This document shows positions 23,311 to 34,139 of a stretch of DNA of 64,000 nt, in pieces. Every line of letters begins with the position of its first letter. Within the stretch, counting starts at the first letter, position 1. The stretch is from contig CM119265.1 of assembly GCA_051294375.1 (NCBI GenBank), positions 4,467,056 through 4,531,055 of the forward strand. Direction: 5' to 3'. The notes below the pieces were generated by a model, which saw only the letters and a list, made by a program, of their open reading frames with translations, made no database searches and was not told where the DNA came from. The DNA comes from Paraspadella gotoi (lineage: Eukaryota; Animalia; Chaetognatha). A program made the position numbers and the translations under genes.

Positions 23311-25273
23311 TCAATTTTTCGAGCCAAAGTTATCTATGTAGTCATGCACTACAGTTTCCAGCGTGTTCAGCGACAGACTTCCTCCGTCCAGAACCTCCCG
23401 ATGAAAGTCTTTAAGGTCAAAATGATCGCCCAGTCGAACCTCCGCCTCGTCCCGCAGTCGATGAAAGGTCATGGCTCCAATCTTGTAGGAGCAAGCTTGA
23501 CCGGGATATGCCACGTAGCGATCAACCTCAGCTTGCATTGTCTCTGACGATACGAAAGGGCAAGTTTTCACGAAATAATCGACGGCCTTTTCCTTGCTCC
23601 ACCCAAAGGCGTGGAGACCGGTGTCCAACACGAGGCGTACGCATCGCGCTAAATCGGAAATGTTGGCTCCAAAACGTTCCAAAGGCACCTCGTCGTAGAG
23701 CCCCAACTCGTTGCCGAGCGACTCGGCATACAGAGCCCATCCCTCGTTGAAAGCGTTAAAAACGGGAAATCGTGCCGGCGCCTCCGACCAGCGGCCACCA
23801 TCGTACATACGCCTAAATTCCGGGAGATCCTCCGCGGACAGCGCTCGGACGGTCTGCGTGTGATGGCCCGGCTCCGCCTCGTGGAGACAAAGCGTCGCGA
23901 GGTTGTACTTGGATCTTCGAGCGAAGGAAGCAACGTTGAGATAAAATTTGCCCGGTTCGCTGCCATCTAGCGTTCCTTGGTAGTAGCACCCCGCGGGGGT
24001 AAAGTGGTCGTCTCGTACAGGGTGGATCTCGAGGACAAAGTCGTCGCGGACTGGATCGTGGAAGACGGCGTCGAGGCGCGGACGGATCCGCCGCTCGATC
24101 AAGTCGATCACGAATTCCAACATCTCTTCCTCCGAGGAGAACTTTTGCGCGGGATCGTTGTCGAGGTAGCGCCGGAAGCCATCAAGGTCGCCCGCGAAGC
24201 CGTGGTATCGCGCCACGTCGTTCATGATGTCGAGAAGGCGCGCCACTTCCGCCAATCCCAGTTCGTGAATCTTAATGAGGTTAGGGCTAAAAATTGTTAT
24301 TGATTGTAATGGATTTAGTTTTGCAAAAAAGTCAACAATAATAATTTTGCCAGATTCTAAATTTAAGTACGAGGTAATTATATTTTTCAATTATGTATAG
24401 AATCTTTAGCTATGAAATTCAAGTTCGAATCTTCGTCAAACTCACCTCTCTCGGACCCATATTCACATCAGCGTGAAACTTGAGGCACTGCCTGTAAACA
24501 GCCTCACCTCCTAACAAGCTCGACAATCCAACCTCCTTGCGACACCGAGGGCGATACTCGTCGACGAGAAACTCCAGCATCCTCCTCGAGGCTCCGATGA
24601 CGATCGAACGCGCCTTTTGGGTAAAGTTGCTCAAAAAGTCTTCGGCCTCTTTGGGGTCGACGCCGCTCGCCGCCTTCAAGCGATTCCCCAACGTCTTCGT
24701 CCACGCGAAATCGTTTTCGAAATCCTTTGTCGTCGAGGAGACGACGGCTTTAACGATGGCATCGAGCGTCGCCGTGTGAAGCGTCCTGCCCGCTTCAATC
24801 CCCCGTCTAAACGTATCGATTTGATCTTCGATCAACCGGGGAAACGCCTCCAACGTCGCCATGACGTCACGGGCGTCGGAGAGCGTCTCCAACGGCCTCC
24901 GGTCCAGAATCCGGTCAACCAACGACACAGGCGTGTCGAAGGGACCAATCGGAGCGTGCTGATTGGCGATTCGGTTGCCATGGGCAAAGGTTTCCACGTT
25001 GCAAGCCAACATGGCGGCGTCGATGCGATCTTTGGGTCGCAAGCGGTCGGACTCGACGATGCGTTGAAGGCGCAAGGAGAATTCTCGGGCGGCGGCGACG
25101 CGACGGGCGACCGAGGCGGCGTCGAGACGATCCATCGGCGTCGTCGGCCGTCGCCCCAACATCGCCGTCAAGTAGGGACTTTCTCGTTGGCGCCAAGACC
25201 AAAAGTCTTCGACGAGGGAGGGAATGTCGTCGCTCGTTTCCCCGTCGCCGAGCTTTGGCTTTTCCACGGGCAT
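23311..25273 (-). CDS. DUF885-family protein (putative Zn metallopeptidase fold), 595 aa; complement(join(23311..24270,24446..25273))
   Basis: Motifs PRE/IHELGLAEVARL, LHEAEPGHH, FNEGWALYAESLG, RCVRLVLDTGLHAFGWS and EVDRYVAYPGQACSYKIG are typical of DUF885. Phase-0 intron GAG|gtgagt...cattaag|ATT. The ATG sits 2 nt after an acceptor, so an upstream exon is possible. Confidence 0.9.
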
Positions 25274-26751
25274 TACTAGGAGTATAAACAATGGACGACG
25301 GCGTTTTTATTTTTTTCCCCCCACAAAATCTAATAATGAAAAAAAAAAAAGAAAGAAATTTGAAAAGCAGTTGCATTAAACCGGTATTAGAAACTCGTTT
25401 TACGCTCGGAAATTTTTTTTTTTTTTTAAGGATGTCAAAAAATATTCGTAAGTTTTGCTGATCTATTCTATCTCTATAATGAAACATTTTTTGAAATATT
25501 ATACCACTTAATTGATAGAGAAGCCAGGTACTCTGGGAGAGAATAAACGAGATTGTGACAGAATCTTGATTGAAAGCTTGCAGAGACCTGCTATGTAATT
25601 ATCTTTTAAGAGTGATGGATGCCTTAAACCATCATCGCCTGTCCAAAGTCAGGAGTAAGCTAGCTTATTTATTAAATGAATGGATGTTAGACCTATTGCA
25701 TCAAGTGGTTTGATGTGTTCGATCTTTAGTTAAAAAAATTTTTAAAAATAGTGTAAAATCCACCATGAAAACCTTTTTACCGAATGCTTATTCACAAAAA
25801 CAGCTCCCTGTGATAAATCAGTAATTTTTTTCGAAAATCTTAAATCTTTCGACAACTCGCACAGCCTCTCCTACAGGATCCTGGCATAATCCTAATATTT
25901 CCGTTAGATTTCAGAAAGATAAAAAAGAATAAGATAAGAAGTTTGAATAAAACGTAGAAGGTAAAAGCCAAATTACTAGGTAATATTTTGATCTTTTTTA
26001 GTTTTATTTTTTCTCTTATTTTTCTTTCACATTTTCGGAATGAATTATCTTTACAATATCAGGCAGTTAAGAAAGAATATTCTAAAAGAGTATTACCTAT
26101 ATGGTTTCTTTATCTTTTCAATTATTTACTCATATTTATTTATTTATTTATCTACATATTTATTTACAGAAATTTATTTACCTCGTCTTTAATTTTTACC
26201 CAATATTTAAAATTTTTATATTGAGAATTTTTCAAAATCTTTTGTTTTTCTCGTGTTGGACTTACAGCCATCTGTAAAACATATTTAGCCGTGGATTTGT
26301 TTTTCTTGGATATTTAAGAAAGATATAGTTATGAATATGAAGTTGGATTAAGGACAAAATAAAAGCGTTTTAGTTAAATACAAGCCAATATTAGCAGAAT
26401 AGTTTCAGGTTTTGACTATAAGTTTAGTGCACTGTACTGTTTTAAACGGAGGGCCCAGTTGCTTCGTGTATGTATGTGTCTGTATTTCTGTAAATCTTTT
26501 CAAAACACGTTTATACAACATCATCTTTATATGTATGTAGATTCAATCATTCTTAAACAATCATATCAATGCTAAAAGCGATACAAAAAAGAAAAAAGTA
26601 TCTTTTCTTATTTTCTTTTTTTCTCTTTTCGATTTTTCGTCGTTGACTTTGAGCAAAGGACGCGAAGCCGATGGCGAGAGAGACTGAAAAGAAAAGAAGG
26701 AAATAAAAGCAGGCGACTGGAAGGACATCTTTTGTGAATATCTTTGGAGAA

Positions 26752-26810
<59 letters not shown>

Positions 26811-26878
26811 AAAAGTATATGGTGTAACTAAAAAAATGAAAATTAAAATGTAAGATAAACAGAAAAAAATGAAATGAA

Positions 26879-26920
26879 CCTATACTATACTATACTATAC
26901 TATACTATACTATACTATAC
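26879..26920. repeat. (CTATA)n pentanucleotide microsatellite
   Basis: Directly visible. Confidence 0.9.
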
Positions 26921-27306
26921 ACAAAGTAAGAATAGAAATGCTGAAATGAATTCAGAGAAATGAAGAGAAAACAAAATACAACAGAAAGAAAGCAGTATAA
27001 AAAGACAAAAGAATTGTGTAAAAAAATTCATTCTGTTCTGTGGTACTAAATGTTTAAAAACTTTTTACTAATAGTAATAGCAGTCATTTTTGACAGTCAA
27101 CCTAAAAGACCGACCTCAAAACTTTTTATAAAGTCGCGGCATGCTGCGTGTAAAAAAGCTTAAAAAAGCTTAAAAAAGCTGAAAAAAGATTTTAAAAAAG
27201 ATTTTTTTTCAATCTCCAGTTCTGCCAATTTCATTTTTGATTTTTTCCGATTCGACGATTGGGTCTCAAATGAGAGAGAGAGGGAAATTGAAAGAGAGAG
27301 AGAGAA

Positions 27307-27373
<67 letters not shown>

Positions 27374-28337
27374 TAGAGAGAGAGCGAGAGAGAGCGTGGT
27401 AGAATTCTGTGAATTTTTTTTCTGCGATTTATTTTCTCCTAACGCTTCGTTTGATTTTATTTCCGGCTATAAAAAAAAAAAAAAGAAAAAAAATTTGAAG
27501 GGAACCGATTCTTTGATTAGAGACGAAAGAATTTCAATCGCACATCGATTTTATTTCTTCTGTCGTCTTCCATGTACCCAAGGACCATTTTCCCTTATGA
27601 TGATTTTTCTGCAATGATGGAACTATTTTCAGGAAAAATTTTCTCGCTAATCATATCATGAGCGATAGCGATATCACGAACAGATACAGCTCATGTTGGT
27701 ATTTTTTTAGTTTTGCCCTTAAATTAAGAATATTCTTGGGTCCGAGTTTGTGGAATTTGTATGTACGTATTCCGGATTAGCTAGTATTGAGTAAGAAAAA
27801 AAGCTTTACGAACCATTAACAATAATCATTTTTATCAATTGATCTAGTACTCGTTGACCTTCCAGTTCCACTGTACATATTAGTTACGGAACGTTTCCGA
27901 CACATTTGACTTTTTAAAAAAAAAAGAGAATCGTTATTTAATAATTTCTGACAAAGATATACTCTATATACACTCAAGATTAAACGCTATTGTCTTCACA
28001 AACTCTTTCCCTCACATATGATCGCTAAGGAAACTATTGAGGTGATTTAGCGATTTAGAGAATTGAAAGATATGAAATAAGTACGACCAATATATAAATG
28101 TCAGATTAAGTAAAGAGGGATATATATTTAGAAAAAAAAAAAGAGAGAGAAAAAAAACCATAGTCCGATCTTGTGTCGCTGCCGTGATCTTCTTCCTTCG
28201 GTGCTTGTCGAATCCTGCGTCCTAATGGCGTCTCTTTGGCCGATGTGCCGAGGGAAACCCGACGCCTAATGGCGCCTCTGGTCCACGAATGTCCACTTCA
28301 ACGTTTTTCCTTTTTTTTTCGGGTTTCTTAGGAAATT

Positions 28338-28351
28338 GTCGTCGTCGTCGA

Positions 28352-28408
<57 letters not shown>

Positions 28409-28418
28409 AGTCGTCGTC
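28338..28418. repeat. (GTC)n trinucleotide microsatellite
   Basis: Directly visible; similar tracts at 7325-7355 and 63828-63884. Confidence 0.9.
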
Positions 28419-29737
28419 AGTGGCGGCGACTTTGTTCTGTGTTGACCTCGACACAAACAGAAGGGGAAATCTGGAGAAAAACAGGGCGAAAATGAAAGAG
28501 GTGAGGAAGCGGGTGAGGCTGGCGGGTTGATCGTAAGTAAGGCGCTTGAGCGAAGAAGAAATATCTCAATTCTCAAGTAAAGTGACATTGTACATGGTAT
28601 AATAAATATTATACAATATGCATATTCATATTGCATAATGAGGATGAAATGAAGTAATTAAACTTCGTGGAAAGCGAAAGTAAGAAAAAATTCGGGTTCA
28701 GCATTCGATATGAGNNNNNNNNNNTAAACATTATACAATATGCATATTGCATAATGAGGATGAAATGAAGTAATTAAATTTCGTGGAAAGCGAAAGTAAG
28801 ACAAATTTCGGATTCAGCATTCGATATGAGGCGTTCAGCATGCTTCGGTGATATTAGAATGGTATGGTATTGCATGGTTATTGACTAAGGCGATATTTAC
28901 TCATAATTTAGCAATTGCAGAGGTCGAATTAATAAAATTCGATATACCGATATAGGGATTACTGATTACGGATTAGCGGCGTGGGTCAGTTGTAGTAAGA
29001 CTAGTTTTGTTTTAATTTCGGGAGAGAGGGGGTAAGGCCGAAGTTATTTGGGTGTGTGGGTGAATGCTCAAGGTGCGGCGAGTCGAGGTAAGTTGAGAGG
29101 AAACAAGAAAAAAAAAACGCGGAAAGTCAAGGATCATTTGGCAAAGACGAGTTTTCCTGATTCTTAAAAAAAAACAACTTTGGACAACAGAGATATTGGG
29201 AGCCATCGGCAATGGTGACGATGGTGTGCGGGTCATTCGCAATGGTGAGTCTGGGAAAGGTCACCCGGGATTCTGACATTAACAGGATTGATGTTACTGT
29301 TAACGTGAAAAGATTCATAAGGAGAGTTAAAGGATTGGAGAGGGAATGTAATCTGCCGGCTAAGCATATATTTTTTAAGCTCTTTTATTGTGACCAAAAT
29401 CCATGCAAAAAACAATGATTATTTACAACAAACCGGTATCGATTACTGTCCATAATTTTTTAAAACTTTTCAGATCATCATCGTCATCATCATCGTCATC
29501 ATCGTCATCGTCGTCATCATCATCATCCATAACTGTTTTCAAGATTCCCTCATTATGAACTCGCGATCATCTTCATCATCCTCGTCGTCGTCTTCGCCTT
29601 GGATAGACGCGAGGTCGTCGGTTCCGGTGTCATGTTTTCGGGTCATTCAGACGCCCCGTCATTCGTATGCGAAGCAACAACAAATGAACAACCGGCGACG
29701 GCCAGCGCCTCTACCGCCCCGAACTTTGACACGCTGC

Positions 29738-29781
<44 letters not shown>

Positions 29782-29787
29782 AGAGAG

Positions 29788-29828
<41 letters not shown>

Positions 29829-30760
29829 AAAGAAAAGACTCGAACGTGAAGAAAAGAGAGAGGGGGAATTTTAAATGATGGGAAATCAATGAGATCGGGA
29901 GGCCTTCTCCGAGTTGTTTTAAGTAGAGAGAAGCGGAAGGATATTTGGGATAAGATCAGTGGGAGATTCGACAATGAGCTGTTGCGAGGGAACCGTGAAG
30001 TTCGTGAAAAGCTGAAGTAAACCGCGGAATGAGAATATGAGCTAAAAGAAGGAGACCATGATGGATTCCATCGTTATTGAGCTCTTGTTAGTAGCATATA
30101 GTGATATCTATGTATAATAATACTTGAGATACAAACCGCCCGAACGCAGAGACAGCTTCTACTTCACAAAAAAAAAGGGGAAAAAAAGGGGAAAAAATCC
30201 GTTGCTCGACTTTTTCTCTTTTCCCTCCCGATAATAAAGTCAATTCCGAGGGCCGCCATTTTGTCGCTCGATACTAGAGTCTAATTTCGTCGACGCGCCG
30301 ACGGGAAAACAAGATTTAGTTGCCATAGAAACGACTCGGGCTTTCGGCCTTCCTCCGATTTTTTTTTCCAGGCTTCCTGAGTTGAGAGACTGGGCTTGAG
30401 GAAAATCGTGAGATGGAGAGAGTAGAGGGGGGGAAAAGTGGGAGAGCGAAAGAGAGAGACAAAAGCCGGCTTCTTTTTCTCAACGGCGCCTCTACGCGCC
30501 GTTAGTGCCAACGTGGACCGGTCTAAACTCTTATAGGAACTGGGTCAGGGTTAGGACTAACGCCATCGCCGACGCTCGCGCCGCCACAGCCGCCGCCCCT
30601 GCCGCCGCCCCTGCCGCCGCAGCCGCCTGAGCCATCGATTTTCTTTTGAAGGAATATCCTTCTCTCGCTTTCAGCGGAACCACCCTTCCAGACTCAACTC
30701 GTGGCCCCCTGACGATTCTGGAAAAACGTTTGGTGAGTAGGGGTTGACCCACCTATGCCT

Positions 30761-30848
<88 letters not shown>

Positions 30849-33748
30849 AAGAGAAAAAAGTAAAGAAGAGGAACGCTTTCGTAAGAGAGAGAGAGAGAGA
30901 GCTCTAGACAGAGAGAGAAAAAAGAGAGAGACGGAGAGACGGAGAGACAGAGACGGAGAAATGCGAGGCGAAGAAAAAAAGGTTTCATTGGCCCTTAACT
31001 CGGTTAGGGACGTCGATGATCCCGGCAAAGAGTCGAAGAGGCTCTTTTGTCTCGAGGGCGACCAGAGTTCAAGATGGCTAAGAGTTTTTCTTATTCTTTC
31101 TTCCCCTTTTCCTTTTTTTTTAGTCTCTCACACTGAGTCTTTTTTTTTCGACCGCGTTGCATTTTGTTGCAGCTTGGCCGCCATGTTGTTCTCAATGTTG
31201 TACGATTGATTTTTCGGAGTAAAGAAAATAGCAATGTAAGGTGAAGAACAATCGAGATGGCAGCTCAGAACATTTGTATTAAATCTAGCACAGATTCCAC
31301 AGAGTCACCCTTCGAGAGCAATCACCTTGTTCCGTGATTTTTTTCTCGTCAGGCGTAAAATGCAGCACGAGAAGAGGATGCGCCGGGGGGGGGGGGCGGA
31401 AAGAAGGGGGGGATGGAGAAAGGGGGCGGATCCACCTCAATCCCCGTCAGACTTCAATTATCGACGGATTTCAAGACGAGGATTCCAAACGTCAAAAAAT
31501 CCTGATGCTTTTTGGATCGTCATGGGAACGAGCGGGGAGAATGCCGTCCGAATGTTTTAAGCCGGCGACGACGTAGAGATGACGCGTCGATAGCGACGAA
31601 GGCGACGTGACGTCGTTGTGACGATGACAAGATGGCGCGATTGTGCTATGTTCGAGCCTTGTTTCAATATTCAACGTTCCTAAGTCGTATTTACTAAAAC
31701 TTAAATTTTCTGGAGAAATAAATAATTTGAAAGGTCGCGCGAGTTTTTTGTAATCAGGGTCATTTTGTTTTTCAGTTTCAAAATCTGCGAGTTGCTTCCT
31801 TTTTAATTTTTTTCCCCCCTTTTCCCTTCGTTCATTTGTACCATTATAGTCTCTCTTTTTTTTTCCTTCAGATGCTCTTACATTTCCCTCATCGATTTTC
31901 TCTTGTGATTTTCCCGAAATAGAATCCCCATCGGATTCGTCCGCCGCCGCCTCCGCTGCCGCTGCCGCTGCCGCTTCCGTTACTCCTCTCTGAATCCCCT
32001 GGCGGTCGCTCCACGAAATGAGAAACAAATGCCGCCGCCCGTCTGGGGAGGGTCGGCGACGGAAGCTGTCGGAGCAGCCGCAGAGCCGCTAGTAGAATCG
32101 GGCTAAGAGGTGGCGGAGACGGCGAAGGCGGAGATGGCGGAGAAGGCGGCGAAGCGAACGGAAGGAACTGAGGTTGCTGCGGCAGTGGATGCGGCGGCGG
32201 CGGCGGCGGTAGGCAATCATTTAGCCATTTGCAAGGAAAACGGTGCGACGTTGCGAGGAGGGATGAAGAAAGAGAGAGAGATAGAGATGGGGTGCGGTTA
32301 ATAGAGATCGTCGCCAATTTCGGTTTGACTGTTTGGCGGGATTGTGACTCTGATTGGAGAAAAAACCTGTTGATTATTGAGACGAAATATAAAAGTTGTT
32401 AGTGCATTTTCTTGATTGGAAGCTTTTTTGTTTATGATTGACTTGAGTGATTTTCTCAAGTTGTCGCTTGGTAGTCACTTGAGCTGCAACAGCTTGCTTT
32501 TTAGTAATGTTTATAGTTTAATTCGCTGCACCTGCATACGAAATAAAGAAGATGTAGCTAAGGCAATCAGACATATTTTAGTGTTCATTTCTTCACTTTT
32601 TTTTAAATATGAAGGTCGAGGATGGCGTTTTTTTTATATTTCGGCAAATACAATATAATAAAAACTATGGCAAAGTACTCCTTACGTCGTAAATAATAAT
32701 TTACGTGGACTTAAGGGAGAATTAAATTCGCCAAGTGTGTACAAGAAAATAATAGTTATTAGTACATATTTACCCCAGTCTGTATACAATATTTGCACTG
32801 CAATATGCAAATGAGACTTTCAATACAACTGTTTTTCGACTGATGAGCCGGGAAAATTTTTTGTTCCCAAAACAGCCTGTCGCTCTAAGCAACTCTTTTA
32901 TCGCTTACAGCTTGATGTAGCAGTGAAGTTTTGAACCGAAAGTTACAATCAAAGGACCAATAGTTCCAACTTGACCATTTCCGTCCAAACCTATCGTTTT
33001 TTGCCCGACCTTTCGGTCAGTCCGAATTTTTTTTCCCCTTCCGCCCAATTTTTTTTTTTGCTGCCTCGAAAACGAGTTAATTGGCTTTCGACGTCAAATT
33101 CGTTGAAAAGTCTGACCCGCGTCAGACGCGTCAGTCGTAGCGCGACGTCGCAGCAGCGTGACGGCTAATCGCCGTCGGAAAAGTGTGACATTTGAGCGAC
33201 GTCAGGGGAGCGCGACTGCTCTTGGAAGCGTAACAGAAAACCTCTTTTTACTTTTCGCAGATTGAAATTTTCGATGCGTGTCATTGGAGCAACTGTAAGA
33301 ATAGCGGTAAAAAAAGGTTTTAGATAGGTTTTGTGAAATTAAAATAACATCTAGTGATTGGTATAGCCTAAATCACCCAGAACTAAGACTAAGACACTAA
33401 ATTACATAATTATTACTAAATGATTAACAAATGCTAATGATTACAATAACCATCATGAACTACGAGGGAAGCATTATTTATAATCAAATCATAGCCATTC
33501 GTACTTTAACTCCTTTTTAAAAAAAATTTTCATTGTTTCTTAACCAGATGGCTGAGTTAACCTAATTTAAACCCAACTTTTTTCAATTAAAGATTCAGGG
33601 GCCCTTCTTTGAAATTGAAACCTGACCTTCACTCGTAAAATTTCGGAACATTACGAAACTATAACTTAAAACTGAATAAAAGCAAATTTTTATAGTTAAA
33701 TATCTTTGTATTTTGACTTTCTTTTTGCTGTTTGAATTAGTTTAGTCT

Positions 33749-33904
33749 TTTAGAGGTAATAACGAAAAATCCGTTGTAACAGCAATTTAGTTTTTATTAT
33801 AATGTTTCGACTCTTCATGAAGACTCGTAATAAGAGTCGAAACATGTCCATTATAATAAAAACTAAATTGCTGTTACAACGGATTTTTCGTTATTACCTC
33901 TAAA
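33749..33904. mobile_element. Palindromic remnant of a Penelope-like element (inverted pLTR end) with truncated hammerhead motif
   Basis: Perfect inverted arms of ~55 bp. The centre reads atgaaGACTC-gtaataa-GAGTCgaaacatgtc and is followed by aataaa. Confidence 0.55.
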
Positions 33905-34139
33905 GTTAAATATCTATAAATATAATCGGCCTGATCTTTGGAAAGCGTTAGGTTAGATAACAAGAATCATTTCCGAAAATTTACTTTAATTCAAGTATTA
34001 GTTAATTTTTCAAACAACTTAAAAAACGTTATATGTTCCAGAGTCAAGCTGGAATTCTCGGCGCTCATATCCATTTTTGAAAATTCGGACGAAAAAATAG
34101 ATAATTAAAAAAAAAAAAAAAAAAAAAAAAATAAATCCG

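Noticed and set aside
23977-25279. Plus-strand ORFs (108 aa, 220 aa) opposite DUF885; likewise antisense ORFs over the lectin and nested genes
   Set aside because: Shadow ORFs from GC-rich codon usage on the real coding strand.
28594-28830. ~110-bp direct repeat
   Set aside because: The copies flank a 10-N gap, typical of an unmerged contig overlap.
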